Shown: in pieces, positions 1 through 12,748 of the stretch
Layout of the letters: the number at the start of each line of letters is the position of its first letter
Position numbering within the stretch: position 1 is the stretch's first letter
Source of the DNA: Diplonema japonicum
Taxonomy: Eukaryota; Protista; Euglenozoa: Diplonemea
NCBI GenBank assembly: GCA_964019335.1
Contig: OZ025738.1
Coordinates: 248,001 to 312,000 of the forward strand
DNA length: 64,000 bases
Direction of reading: 5' to 3'
Made by a program: the position numbers and the translations under genes
Notes under the pieces: generated by a model
Seen by the model: only the letters and a program-made list of their open reading frames with translations
Told to the model about the DNA's origin: nothing
Databases searched by the model: none

Positions 1-3000
1 TGTTTAAGGGCAAATCCCACTCGAGGACCACCCTTAGGGGGGGTGGGGGTCTATCTCTTGATGCTTCCTTTTTGGAGCCTCGCTTTCGTTCCGATGGCGG
101 ATACCAGTGTCTTTCGCAGACGGTTGATGCGGTCCTTCTTCAGGTTGGTCTTCAGCTCTCTTAGCCTGTCCTGGGTTTCTCGTGAGGCGAAGATCGGTCT
201 CCTTGCAAAGCCTATCGCCGCCTTCCCTCCTATTGCCATGAGGGACTTCACTCTCGTTTTGTTCTTCGCCGGGAAAGGCCTTTTCCTTCCTTGTAATGCG
301 CACCTGTCGTTCACCTTTTGGATCAGTTTCTTGATCCTTCGCGCCTTTTCATCCTGCGTCATTCCCAGCGATCTTCGTGTCGTCGCTTCGAAGTCTAGGG
401 CTAACTCCACCGCCGTCACCTCCGACGTCGTGTCTTCTTTAACCCATCTTAGCTCCGACATCCATTTCAACAGCGACTCCGCGTACATCCGCAGTATCCC
501 ACTTGTCGTCCCGAGCTGTTCCAACGTCGGCGTCAAGTGCTTTACTCCTACCACTTTCCGTTCCCACGGCAGTTCTCCTCCAAAATCCTCCACTTGGATC
601 AGTTCTTCATCACGTTTTGCTACTATCATCGCCAGGTACCTCTGCAACCTCTCCAGGTGTGCAAATCCGTGCCCCCTCGGCAAGATCCCGTGCAGTTCCA
701 GGCAGAGAGGCCAGCCCGACCTGTCGCGTAGCGGTTCCAACCCGTCCCTCGCCAGCTCTTCCAGCGCAAGTGGGCATTCGTACAGCTGGTGCCGTAGCAG
801 CGTCACTGTGTTCTGGTGTACTGCTGTGCATATGTCGCATCTATAATTCTGAGGAAGCATTGTCTCTCCGGGTGGTCTCCCGTCCTCTCTTTTCAAGTCA
901 TCATTGTCCGGTTCCTCTTCCTCACTTGCCGGGTCGAGCGGAACGGTTTTCGGTCCCGCACTGGCGTGTGGGCTTATGTAGGGGACTGCTCCTGCTATGA
1001 TCCTCCTGATCTGGTAGGCTACCACCGGATCCCTCTCCTCCTTCCACAGCCTATTCGTTTCAGGGTCAGCCCCAGCCTCGAGTCCTCGTACCGTGCTCCT
1101 TTCCTTCGTGAGGTCCCTGCACCGGGCCTTCCTCACAGCTTCCCTGAAGACGTGTCCTCTTTCTGGCCATCCCATGTTCTTGCAGTCCGTCAATCGGCTC
1201 CAGCTCCATCCGATGTACGGCAGCCATCTTTTCATCAGATTCCCAACCGGACCTCTTGGCGCCCCCCCTTCCACGTAGCGTTCTGCTATTTTCTGCAACC
1301 TTTGTCGCAGTCCTTCCTTTTCCATGCCCTCGGATATCATTTTGAGGGACCGGTACGCCACTAATGAGGTAGGGTCGTTGGAGTTCTGAAGGCGCCATCT
1401 ATCCCTGCCTGCAGAATCGAGCGGAGCTTCGCCAGGAGGTATGCATCGTCCGCGTAGGCTACAACGTCCACCCCCGCTGCCTCCATCGTCTTGATCATCA
1501 CAGAAAGCAGCGCGTTGATGATGATCACCGACAATGGGCAGCCCTGGAGGATGCCGTTGGTTGCCTCGAACGGGTCGCCCACTCCAATCGGGAACTTAAA
1601 CCTCCTTGAAATCTGGTTGTACATCCCTTGGAGTGCTCTCCTTATTGGTTCTGCCAGGCCCATTGCACTCATCAGGTCCAGTGATAGTCTCTGCGGTACC
1701 ATGTCGAAGCACTTGCTGAAGTCAAGGGCTATTCCTTGGAGTGGTTCTCCCTCGACTAGTGCTAGTTCCAACTTTGTACAGAGTTCCATCAGAGCTGAAG
1801 TCGTGCTGTGCTTAGGCCTGAATCCGTGCTGATTTGGCGTGATCCACCGCTCTTGCCAGCCTAGCACCTGCTTCAGTCTCGCGCTTGCCCACAGCCGGTA
1901 GATGGTGCTGGTCACCGTGATTGGCCGGTGGTTTAGGGGTGCCGACCCCTCCCCTTTCGGTGTGAGCGTTACCAGGGCTGTTGTGATCTGCTCCGGCCAT
2001 TGTCCTGTTCTCTCAACGAGGTTGAAGAGATCCGCGAATCCGCTGAGGATGGGCTTCGGCAGTCGCTTCAGCTCGCTGATGCGCCATCCATCCACTCCGC
2101 ACGCTCCTTTGTCAGGCTTTTTCCTGATTACCTCTTTCAGGAGGTCAGCGTCTATCGCGCTCTGCGGCATTGGTTTTTCCCCGATGAAGTTTGCGTATTT
2201 CTTTCTGAACGTTTCGAATTGTGGCTCATCCTTTGGTTCCCGTGCACAGAAAATCGCTGACCACGCCTTTCGCATCACCGCGTCCATTTCCCGCAGGTTT
2301 GCCGTCACTCCCTCCTCCGTGCTCACTGCTTCCGTTTTCTGTTCCGGGCTGTCCTTCACCCACGCTGTGATGTGCTTTCGCTCGTCCCCAAAGTCTGCGC
2401 GTATGGACCGCTCGTAAGCTTTTTTCTGGCACTCTTTCCGGTGGGCGATGAGTTCGGATCTCTCCCCTCGACGAAGTCCCCCGCTATGTCTAGGTTCTCC
2501 CAGATTGCATCGAAACCCTCTGTCGCATCTATCTGGCAGTATTCCACCTTGAGCGCCGCCCCCAGTTGCGAGATGTTCTTAAGGATGTTCCTCGTTTCCG
2601 TCGGCAGTGGGCCATGGTATCCCTCCTCCAGCTGAGCATGCATCCTTTCTTTGGCGATCCCGATCTTCTTTTTGAGTTTCTCCAGTTGCATCTGTCTCGT
2701 CGGGATTGCCCCTCCAGCCTGGGTCGACGACCTCGCACTTAGTTCTGTCAGCACCGGTTTGCGGATGTTCCCTCTCCCTACAAACATCCCTCGCTGAGGT
2801 CCATCGTAGTTGTGCAGCAGGTATTTCTCCGCTATGCCTGAGATTACCGAGAAAGCGTCTGTCGTCTTGCCTTCTTCTATCAGTTTCCGGAAGTTGGAGT
2901 TGTCCATGAGGTTCACTGCGGTCCCCGGCGGTGCCTTCTTCGTCTTCGGGATCTCTTGTGGTATGTTGTACCTCATGACGAGTTGTCGATATGCTGGGAT

Positions 3001-3245
3001 GTTAAGCTTTAGTGACAGGCAGCGATGGTCTGATCCGAGCACCTCCTCCGTTATCCCGCAGTGTATCAGTCCTTGAGCCGCGATGTTGTTCAACAGGATC
3101 CGGTCGATCCTCGTGCCGCAATTGGACCTGACGAAGGTGTTCTCCGGCTCCTGTCCTCTCTTCTTGGCACAGAACTCAGCTGCATCCACCCAGTCTCTCT
3201 GGAGTGCCCTTCTCAGCGTCGGTGATCGTTCCTCGTCAGTGTTGA
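1..3245 (-). mobile_element. Degenerate, 5'-truncated non-LTR retrotransposon (APE endonuclease C-half, RT, C-terminal Cys/His region)
   Basis: Three consecutive minus ORFs: 2356-3245 has APE motifs (TRIDRILL, GSDHR); 1361-2359 has RT motifs (HRPITV, QHGFR, LDFSKCFD, GILQGCPLS, YADD); 51-1400 has CDIC..HQLYEC and ELALDFEATTRRSL. Frameshifts/deletions near 2400 and 1395. Confidence 0.9.
1361..2359 (-). pseudogene. Non-LTR reverse transcriptase domain, truncated shortly after YADD
   Basis: KGACGVDG, PKG..RPITV, QHGFRP, DFSKCFD, GILQGCPLS, YADD in order. Confidence 0.92.
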
Positions 3246-4080
3246 AAAAAAATGTACTCTCTTGAATGAAGGCCCTCCTTCCTTTCACCTTCTTCTTCCA
3301 TTGGTGTTGGGTGTGTCTCCCCCTCCGTGCCTGCATTTCCCACCACAGCCAAGACATATGGTGTTCCTCCTGGAAGTACTTCTGTTTCTTCGTTCGATCG
3401 TTTGTTATAATTACAAAATATAGCGCGCATTCGACGGCACTGGTCAAGCGACTGGCACCTTCCGAAGAAGGGCCTCCCACGTCCGCCGGGTTGAGCAGAG
3501 GATGCCCCGGGGCGGCCGTTCCAGTTTGATCATGTCATGTCGATTCCTGTATGTTTGTCATAAAAGGTAAAAAAAGAACTGGGTACAAAAGGTTTTATAA
3601 AGAAGTGAAAAGAGGACGAAGAAAAAGAGAGGCAAGGATCTGTAAGAAAAGAGAAAAGAAGTTTCGAAAAACCGACCACACCCGTCTTTTTTTCTTTTTC
3701 AGAGAGAGGAAGCTGAGCAAAAAAGCTACCTCACTACTGACTCATTTATAGTGTGTAGTCAAAGTTCGAAAAGGGAAGAAAATGCACAAAGAATATTAAA
3801 AAGCCCTCTTCCTTTTTTTTTTTTTTTTTCTTATGGTATTCCCAGAAGTTAATGTCTAAAAGTTGGAGGGGGCCGCACTTCACGCAAATTCGATCGATAG
3901 TTAAATAATTATAAAAGCGTTGGATGTAGGCACGGGGACAAAAAAGCTACCTCACCCGGTTGCCCGAGTACTCATGACCATACTGGTGTTCGGTGTTCTC
4001 TACCCACAAGCTTTGCTGGATGTTTGGCATTTTTTTTTTTTTTTTTTTCAAATATATTGGGGTGGGTTTGTGGGGGGGGC

Positions 4081-4608
4081 TTTTTTTTTTTTTTTTTCAC
4101 TCTTTCAATTCGCTCAGCTGCCTTGATCGGCTTTGCTACGTCGGCGGGTTAGCCGGTTGCTGTGGTGGGTTTGGGGGGTAGGTTTTCGGTCTCTTCAAGG
4201 AATAGGATCGCTTTTCGGGGGTCTTTCACAAGGATGTGCTTTAGCGTCAGGGTGTCGAAGTGTTTAGCCCTGGCCGCTTTGGTTGCAGGGCATTTCAGGA
4301 GGAGGTGTTCGAGCGTTCTCTCTGTTGCGGGTCCGCATCTTTCGCAAATGCGTTGCTTGAAGTCTTTCTTCAACAGCTCGTGATGCCCGGACTTCAGCTG
4401 GTTGATCATCACCTCTTCTTTTCTGCTGAGCCCTTCCATCCTTTTGGGTGCTTCTGTCTTCCCTGCCCACTTGTAGTATGTCCTCTCCTTCTTTAAACCA
4501 GCAATTATGTCTTGCTTCTCTGTCTGGTGATTCTTCGCTGCGCCCATGCTGATCTTTTGGGTTGCCTCTTCTTCCCTGCCTTTTTCCGCCAGCTCATCTG
4601 CTTTCTCG
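4081..4608 (-). mobile_element. 5'-truncated ingi/I-like LINE 3' end with poly(A) tail
   Basis: EKADELA (end of RNase H) at ~4590-4608; ORF 4149-4547 with QLKSGH..CERC..LEHLLLKCP zinc knuckle; short 3' UTR followed by an A-run at 4081-4097. Confidence 0.8.
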
Positions 4609-5075
4609 TGAAACTATTAAACTATGATGAGGTGGGAGGAAAACGAGAATGAATGGGGATGGGGATGAAACTACGGTGGAGACGGGATGGTCAGGACTTA
4701 CTTTACAGGTCGAAGTGCTTCGCCCTGGACGCTTTTTCGCCCCTTTTTTTTTAAAAAGAAAGAAGAATAGAATCAATTTGCTTCGACAAACCGCCCACAC
4801 CTTCTATTCTTTTTGTATTCTTTTTTATCCGTACCTAACTTGCATCACACTGTCTTACATTAGGGAAATGGGTGGGTTTTGGGGGGTTATGGTTGATCAC
4901 AGGTGCTTCAGCTGTGTAAAACCGAAAAAGAAGGGAAATGATTACCAGAAAAGAAGAAGAAGAAGAAAAAAAAAGAAGAAATACCGAGAGTATTGAAAGA
5001 GAGTCGCGAAAAATACTTTAACTGTGGCAGTATTTTTCTTTTGTGCTACAGTCGCGAAAATGTTCTCATCCTTTT

Positions 5076-6532
5076 TTATAATTTCTGTATACTTACCCCC
5101 GATGGCACATTAGCCTCTAAGAGCTTGTTAAGATCTTCAGTGCCTCCTCTCAAAACGATGGTTTCTAGTTTTTCGCACCCAGACAAAAAAAAGAGATAAC
5201 CTATGGAAGAAAGATTCATCACATTCAAGTCTATGGTTTCTAGTGTTTTGCATCCTAACAAGAAGCCATCACTAATGGAAGAAAGATTGGTCATTGAACT
5301 TAAGTCGATGGTTTCTAGCTTGTTGCAGTAAGACAAGAAACCATGACCAATGGAAGAAAGATTGGTCATCGAACTCAAGTTGATGGTTTTTAGTTCGTAG
5401 CACTGAAACAAGAAGTCATCACCAAGAGCAGAAAGACTGATCGTTGAACTCAAGTCAATGGTTTTTAGTCTGTAGCAGTGAGACAAGAAACCATGACCAA
5501 TGGAAGATAGATTGGTCATCGAACTCAAGTTGATGGTTTCTAGTTTGTTGCAGGAAGACAAGAAGCCATTACCAATAGAAGAAAGACTGATCGTTGAACT
5601 CAAGTCGAAGGATTTTAGTCCGCTGCAGTAAGACAAGAAACCATCACCAATTGAAGATAGGTTGGTCATCGAACTCAAGTTGATGGTTTCTAGTTCGTAG
5701 CAGTGAGACAAGAAGTTATCACCAATAGAAGAAAGACTGATCGTTGAACTCAAGTCAAAGGATTTTAGTCCGAAGCAGTAAGACAAGAAACCATCACCAA
5801 TTGAAGATAGGTTGGTCATCGAACTCAAGTTGATGGTTTCTAGTTCGTAGCAGTGAGACAAGAATTCATCACCAAGAGCAGAAAGACTGATCGTTGAACT
5901 CAAGTCAATGGTTTTTAGTCCGCAACCAGACAAGAAACCATGATCAATGGAAGATAGATTGGTCATCGAACTCAAGTTGATGGTTTCTAGTCTTTCGCAC
6001 TTACATAAAAAGCCATAACCAATGGTAGAAACATTGGGGAGGATGAGTTCAACAGACGTCAGGTGGTCGCACACTGCAATAAACTCATGGCCTATCCTTG
6101 TAACACAGCCTGTGGAGTCGGTGACAACGAGGAACAGAAGCCCAGAAGGAAGGTCCTTCCAGCTCATGGACAAGACATCGACAGCTGGAGAGTCCCCCAC
6201 CTCCACCACAAGAACCAGCTCAGGGTCAGCTGACACAAGACCCTCAAGCTCAGAAACCATTCCTGAGTTCTTGTCCTTCAGCTCCTCCAGACGAACGGTT
6301 CTCATCTTCGCCTCCACATGGACCACGGAGCCCTCCACGAGCCCAACTTCCTGAAGCTCTTCACCGCCGTTCCTGTCAAGGACCTCACCCTCCCAAACCA
6401 GTTTGAACCTGCCTTCGAGTAAATTTGTAGCACACCCCGCCTCTTGTACAGGCTCCCCACCGCCTCCTTCCCCGACACTTCCACATCGTGAACCCCGCCT
6501 CCCGTCTTCACGAACACTGTCATATCGTTCAT
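5076..6532 (-). pseudogene. UBL-LRR protein copy 1 (N-terminal ubiquitin-like domain + ~11 BspA-like 25-aa LRRs); 1-nt frameshift near 6440
   Basis: ATG at 6532 (MNDMTVFVKT); 1 nt shorter than intact copy 3 at ~6435-6442 (real lesion or assembly error); repeats ETINLSSMTNLSSIGDGFLSYCxxL. Confidence 0.85.
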
Positions 6533-7212
6533 TTCTTTCGTTTTTCTTTTGTGTTTCTGTTCTGTTAAAAAAAGGCGATTTTCAATGTTCAAAGGCAAAT
6601 CAATAGGTGGCTGAAGTAGTGATTAAGGATAAGGAAAATAAATACTCAAAAGTACAATCTATTAATACCCCCCAAAAAAATAAAACACATGGAACTCGTC
6701 CGTAACCAGGGCTAGTGCCGCCCCGCTTCGACGCGGGGTCTCGACGTTGAGCTTCCTCACGTTGCAGACTGTGGCCTTGGGGTATGACTGCTCTGCGAAG
6801 GATATGCGCTGCTTCTGCATATATGTCCCATGATCCACCGATAGGGCCTTTGCTGTCTGTTTACTGCCTTCTCTTCGTCCTCTCCTTTATTCTCCTCCCC
6901 CAGATCGTCACTAACATTTCGTGTTTTGTCGTCTGATGGGTGCCCCGTGGAGGCGTTAGACATTTCGAGATTGATGCTTGGCACACTGTCTTACATTAGG
7001 GAAATGGGTGGGTTTTGGGGGGTTATGGTTGATCACAGGTGCTTCAGCTGTGTAAAACCGAAAAAGAAGGGGAAATGATTACCAGAAAAGAAGAAGAAGA
7101 AAAAAAAAAAAAGAAGAAATACCGAGAGTATTGAAGAGAGTCGCGAAAAATACTTTAACTGTGGCAGTATTTTTCTTTTGTGCTACAGTCGCGAAAATGT
7201 TCTCATCCTTTT

Positions 7213-7868
7213 TTATAATTTCTGTATACTTACCCCCGATGGCACCTTAGCCTCTAAAAGCTTGTTAAGATTTTCAGTGCCTCCTCTCAAAACGATGGTT
7301 TCTAGTCTGCAGCAGTAAGACAAGAAACCATCACCAATAGAAGATAGTTTGGTCATCGAACTCAAGTTGATGGTTTCTAGTACGTAGCAGTGAGACAAGA
7401 AGACATCACCAATAGAAGAAAGACTGATCGTTGAACTCAAGTCGAAGGATTTTAGTCCGAAGCATCAAGTTGATGGTTTCTAGTTCGTAGCAGTGAGACA
7501 AGAAGCCATCACCAAGAGCAGAAAGACTGATCGTTGAACTCAAGTCGAAGGATTTTAGTTCGAAGCAGTAAGACAAGAAACCATCACCAATGGAAGATAG
7601 ATTGGTCATCGAACTCAAGTTGATGGTTTCTAGGCCATCGCACCTTAATAAAAAGTAGTTACCAATGGTAGAAACATTGGGGAGGATGAGTTCAACAGAC
7701 GTCAGGTGGTCGCACACTGTAATAAACTCATCGTCTATCCTTGTAACACGGCCTGTGGAGTCGGTGACAACGAGGAACCGAAGTCCAGAAGGAAGGTCCG
7801 CCGTCTCCATAGACAAGACTGGAGAGTCCCCCACCTCCACCACCAGAACAAGCTCAGGGTCAGCTGAC
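7213..7868 (-). pseudogene. UBL-LRR copy 2: lacks UBL, internal frameshifting deletion near 7464
   Basis: Highly similar to copies 1 and 3; 5' part replaced by an endonuclease fragment at ~7864-7868. Confidence 0.85.
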
Positions 7869-8700
7869 GATGTCAGGACTTGAACGCTGGGTATTCACTA
7901 CTCTCGTCGGCTGCTTTGGGTTGTTCCATACGATTCGTTCTCGGCTTCTAATCCAACTATTTACTTCTTTGCCAATTTTGCATTCGTTCATATGAGCGCT
8001 CCACGTCCCGTGGTGTACGTTGAAGTCGCCTACCGTGAGGACATTCTCTCCATCGTGTATGTCTTCCACTGTGAAGTCCTCTACACGAGTGTCCTCTCCT
8101 CCGTTCAGTGGCGGGCGGTACAGATTCACGATGTGTATCTCGGGTCCTGTGTCCTGGCTGATCTTGACGGAGATTTTCTCTGTGACCTTGCCGCTGTATG
8201 TCTCGGCCTGCCTCACCTTTATCCCCTTTTTCACCAGTATTGCCACTCCGCCCCCTTCTGCCGGCTTTCCTTGTTGTCGTGGCACCGTGCGTCGTTGATG
8301 GAATGTGTGGTATCCTTGTACTTCTATGCTTGATACACACTTCCTGTAGGCACCTGAAATGATACACACTTCCTGTAGTGCAGGGGCTTTCTTGTGGAGC
8401 CCCTTCAGCTTTTTGTTTTTTTTTTTTTTTTTAAATCTAACTCGTAAATGAGTCGCTTTGTTGCTCTTGGGACGCTTCTAAGACCTGTGCCCTCACACGT
8501 ATGTAGGGGTTCCCCTGCTGCTTCGTTTCCCACAGGCTTTTGTGGCTATTGTCTCCTATTTTTGCTTATTGAATCCCCCGAGGCACCACCCCCAGGGTCT
8601 TCTTTTTTCAGCTGAACTCTTGCTCTTTCATGTTCTTTTACCTTCTCGGTCCACACTCCCCTTTTTCTGTTGCACACTTAACGCCACTTAGTGGTTGTCA
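7864..8700 (-). mobile_element. ingi-like LINE 5' fragment (APE endonuclease)
   Basis: LQE motif (locally duplicated at ~8331-8378), GGGVAILVK, NLYRPP, GDFNVHH..WS, SSPDI. Confidence 0.85.
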
Positions 8701-9103
8701 TGAAAAAAAAAGAAATAGAAAAACAGACACAAAGAGTTTACTTTAAAAAGAGACTCAGAAAATCTCTATAAAAAAAAAAAGGAAGAAGAAATAAAAAAGA
8801 ACAAAAAGAATGACTTTAGTTGCTTCGACAAACCGCCCACACTTCTACTTTTTTGTATTCTTTCTATTTTTTAACTACTTTTTTAATTCTTTCTAAATGG
8901 GTGGGTTTTGGGGGGTTATGGTTGATCACAACAGGTGCTTCAGCTGTGTAAAACCGAAAAAGAAGGGGAAATGATTACCAGAAAAAAGAAGAAGAAAAGA
9001 AGAAAGAAAAATTACCGAGAGTATTGAAGAGAGTCGCGAAAAATACTTTAACTGTGGCAGTATTTTCTTTTGTGCTACAGTCGCGAAAATGTTCTCATCC
9101 TTT

Positions 9104-10243
9104 TTATAATTTTTGTATACTTACCCCCGATGGCACCTTAGCCTCGAAGAGCTCATTAAGACTTTCAGTGCCTCCTCTCAAAACGATGGTTTCTAGTTTT
9201 TCGCACTCAGATAAGAAGTGATCACCAATGGAAGAAAGATTCATCACATTCAAGTCTATGGTTTCTAGTTCGCTGCAGGAAGACAAGAAGCCATCACCAA
9301 TAGAAGAAAGACTGATCGTTGAACTCAAGTCGAAGGATTTTAGTCCGCTGCAGTAAGACAAGAAACCATCACCAATTGAAGATAGATTGGTCATCGAACT
9401 CAAGTTGATGGTTTCTAGTTCGTAGCAGTGAGACAAGAATTCATCACCAAGAGCAGAAAGACTGATCGTTGAACTCAAGTCAAAGGATTTTAGTCCGAAG
9501 CAGTAAGACAAGAAACCATCACCAATGGAAGATAGATTGGTCATCGAACTCAAGTTGATGGTTTCTAGTTCGTAGCAGTGAGACAAGAAGCCATCACCAA
9601 GAGCAGAAAGACTGATCGTTGAACTCAAGTCAATGGTTTTTAGTCCGCAACCAGACAAGAAACCACGACCAATGGAAGATAGATTGGTCATCGAACTCAA
9701 GTTGATGGTTTCTAGTCTTTCGCACTTAAATAAAAAGTCATCACCAATGGTAGAAACATTGGGGAGGATGAGTTCAACAGACGTCAGGTGGTCGCACACT
9801 GTAATAAACTCATCGTCTATCCTTGTAACACGGCCTGTGGAGTCGGTGACAACGAGGAACAGAAGTCCAGAAGGAAGGTCCGCCGTCTCCATGGACAAGA
9901 CTGGAGAGTCCCCCACCTCCACCACAAGAACAAGCTCAGGGTCAGCCGACACAAGACCCTCAAGCTCAGAAACCACTCCTGAATTCTCGTCCTTCAGCTC
10001 CTCCAGACGAACGGTTCTCATCTCCACATGGACCACGGAGCCCTCCACGAGCCCAACTTCCTGAAGCTCTTCACCACCTTTCCTGTCAAGGACCTCACCC
10101 TCCCAAACCAGTTTGAACCTGCCTTCGAGTAAGTTTGTGGCACAGGCCACCTTCTTGTACAGGCTCCCCACCGCCTCCTTCCCCGACACTTCCACATCGT
10201 GAACCCCGCCTCCCGTCTTCACGAACACTGTCATATCGTTCAT
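9104..10243 (-). CDS. UBL-LRR protein copy 3, intact, 379 aa (UBL + cap + ~7 LRRs)
   Basis: MNDMTVFVKTGGGVHDVEV..FKLVWEGEVL aligns by eye with the ubiquitin fold, no di-Gly; 25-aa LRRs; open from ATG 10243 to TAA 9104. Confidence 0.9.
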   Translation of the reverse strand: MNDMTVFVKTGGGVHDVEVSGKEAVGSLYKKVACATNLLEGRFKLVWEGEVLDRKGGEELQEVGLVEGSVVHVEMRTVRLEELKDENSGVVSELEGLVSADPELVLVVEVGDSPVLSMETADLPSGLLFLVVTDSTGRVTRIDDEFITVCDHLTSVELILPNVSTIGDDFLFKCERLETINLSSMTNLSSIGRGFLSGCGLKTIDLSSTISLSALGDGFLSHCYELETINLSSMTNLSSIGDGFLSYCFGLKSFDLSSTISLSALGDEFLSHCYELETINLSSMTNLSSIGDGFLSYCSGLKSFDLSSTISLSSIGDGFLSSCSELETIDLNVMNLSSIGDHFLSECEKLETIVLRGGTESLNELFEAKVPSGVSIQKL

Positions 10244-10574
10244 TTTCTTTTTTTTTGGTTGTGTTTCTGTTCTGTTAAAGGTGATTTTCAATCTTCAAAG
10301 GCAAATCAATAGGTGGCTGAAAATGATATAAAGTAAAAAAGTTGAAATAATAAAAAAGAATAAATATATGAGTTAAAAGGTAGTCTTTGTGAGACGCCCC
10401 TTGTTCTCATGCTCTATAAAAGTGACTGACATCCTCAAAGAGGAGCCTCCCACGTACCAGGAATCTTGGTGCGGGCTCCTATAAAGAAGTGAAAAGAAAA
10501 GACGAAAAAAAGAGACGCAAAAAACGCAAAAATGTGTGAAAAGAGAAAAGAAGCTTCAATAAACGGCCCGTATA

Positions 10575-10716
10575 CTTACTTACTCCTGCAGGTATCTGAG
10601 CCTCTAAGAGCTTCTTAAAAGTTTCAGTGCCTCCTCTCAAAACGATGGTTTCTAGTTTTTCGAAAGATTCATCACATTCAGGTTTCGCATCCCAACAAAG
10701 AGCCATAACCAATAGA
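10575..10716 (-). pseudogene. Isolated C-terminal fragment of a UBL-LRR paralog
   Basis: EKLETIVLRGGTETFKKLLEAQIPAGVS matches the family C-terminal cap. Confidence 0.75.
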
Positions 10717-11112
10717 ATAAATATTTGTTAGTGATCATCCCTGTCGTCGGCGGGTCCTCTTACCCACTACCTGCAAACACAAGGTCCGGACCAAAGCTTG
10801 GTTGGCTATTATGCGTTGCAAGGTTTCGTCCTGCCTCGTCGTGTCTTGCGGCCCTAGGGTACAAAGCCTCTTGTTAGTCCGCAGCCCGGTGTTTGGAAAG
10901 GGAGTCAACCACAATGCACAGGTAGTCATGGTCAGATTTGTTTGTGAGCAGATGAAAAAAAAGGGAGGTTTTTTTTGCAAGTTCTTTTTGGAAAATATTA
11001 GCGAAACATAACAAAAAGGGGTAAAAAACAAAACGGATTGTATCATCGAGGAACTCATTTTTTGAAACTATGGAAAGAAACGTAAAAAAAGAAAAACTAT
11101 GTTCTTATATTT

Positions 11113-11182
11113 TTCACAGCACAGACCCGGTTTCGTCCCTTACAGCGACCCCTAGGTACGTGGTCCTCATCAGGCTGTGTCG
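11113..11182 (-). ncRNA. Degenerate hammerhead-ribozyme-like motif
   Basis: Minus strand reads CACAGC-CTGATGA-GGACC...GGGAC-GAAA-CCGGGTC-TGTGCTGTG: both core boxes and a GUC site are present, but stems I and II are imperfect. Confidence 0.3.
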
Positions 11183-11379
11183 CACCTTATGCGGTCCACC
11201 TGTGGCCAACAGGTGGAGGGCCTGTGCTCTATTGTGTCGGGTTGGGTTGGGGGGGCTGGCGGAAGGCTGGAGGTGCTGCGTTCGTTGTCATGGAAGGTGC
11301 GTGGGTGTTGGTACGTAACGGCCCCACGTCTGATGCAGTTGCCGATCGTCTACCGGTCGCCTGCCTTCTTCGCTCGCTC

Positions 11380-12553
11380 CTTTCGTCTTGTGCAGTTCCC
11401 CGCTTTGCAGTGACCTTGGTGGCTGATCACCTGCTTGGCGTGTAGGAACGGTTTGCCAAACTCGTTGGTCTTTGTTCATCTATCGCATGACAGTGTCGTC
11501 TTGGTTGTGGGCACGTGATAAGGTGTGCGTCCATTCTCTTTTTTGTAGTGAACGGCCTCCCCTGGCTGTTTACCATGACGCCGCACCGTGGGCATTTGCG
11601 TTCCTTGCCGTCGTCGTTCCTGGCCCCGCATTTACCTTCGTGCCTTCTTACAGAGCTCTGCGTGAAGGTAGACCCGGTTCGTGTCTTGCCCTTCCGCAGT
11701 ACTTGCATTTGAACGGGCCTTTAGGTTTGCTCGGCCGTTTCTTGGCCCTGGGCTTCTTGGACAATGTCCCTCGGTGCCAGCGCATTCTTTTCATGCCAAG
11801 GAGTTCGCCGTTCGCGTTCTTGTTGGTGCCACAATGCTGGCATCTGGGGCCGCCCACCTTTTGGTTGTCCTTGGTGCTGTCGTCGGTGCTGTCGTCCTCG
11901 CTGCCACTGGGAGTGCTCTCGTCTTTGTTACTGCCGGGGGTGCTGTTCTCTTCCGTTACCTTGCTGCTGTTACTGCTTTTGCTGCAGTTTCTGCTGCTGC
12001 TGCTGCTACTTCTGCTACCATTGCTCTTGTCCTTGTCGTCTCCGTTTGGGTGTCTTTGCAGGTTCCTGTGCCCGCATCTCCCTTCGTGCGTTTGCACTTC
12101 GCCTCTGCGTGTGAACTTCTTCTTGGACCCACCTTTGTAGTGGTCTGTCCCGCAGTATTGGCAGCGGAGTGCGTTGAAGAGGTTGTCCATGTCCTCTGTT
12201 GTGCCTTGTGTGGCCCCCTCCTCTTCTTCCTCGGCCTTGTGCTTCTTGTATAAGATGAGGCTGGGGTGCCATACTTTGCTTTTACCTGCGTATGGCACTT
12301 CCACTCCGTCTGCTCTGAGCTCCCATTTCTTGCCCTCTCTAGTGTAGTAGACCCGGTAGTGGAGCTCCTTGTGGCTGTACTCCGCTACTGTAATCCTGTC
12401 CCATCTGGCGTCCTCGTTGTCTCTTAGGCTCTCTGCTGGCTGGAAGAGCTTGATTTGGTCTTTGCCTTCGGGTTGCCCGTGTACTCTCAGCAGGAAGTGT
12501 TCTCCTGTCGTCGTCCATTGCTGTGTACAGGTTGGGTGTGTGCCGCAGTGCAA
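11380..12553 (-). pseudogene. Frameshifted multi-C2HC zinc-finger protein (about 5 CxxC-x15-19-HxxxC fingers), probably TE-derived
   Basis: CQYC..HEGRC, CQHC..WH, CKYC..HEGKC, CPRC..HLITC, CDR*..HQGHC spread across three frames. Confidence 0.6.
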
Positions 12554-12631
12554 TGAAAAATGAAAAGTGGAAGGGGCGAGGAAAGAAGAAAAAAAAATAC
12601 AGTGAAGGGACCTTACTTACCTTTCCTTTTT

Positions 12632-12748
12632 ATTTTTGCTGGAACAAGTAAACAAATTTTTGAAAAGAATTGTTATTGCAAAAAAGAGTAGAGGCAGCTT
12701 GTCCGTTTATCCCTACTATGGTGAAAACGGCTTGCACAAACAAAGCCG
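12632..12748 (+). repeat. Short interspersed repeat family A, copy 1 of 5
   Basis: gaattgttattgcaaaaaagagtagaggcagcttgtccgtttatccctact..gtgaaaacggc..tgcacaaac; also at 22632(-), 29491, 42541, 46395. Confidence 0.9.

Noticed and set aside
1361-10243. Diversity-generating retroelement (RT beside variable LRRs)
   Set aside because: The RT is a broken non-LTR type linked to an APE; no template/variable repeat pair with adenine-specific differences is evident
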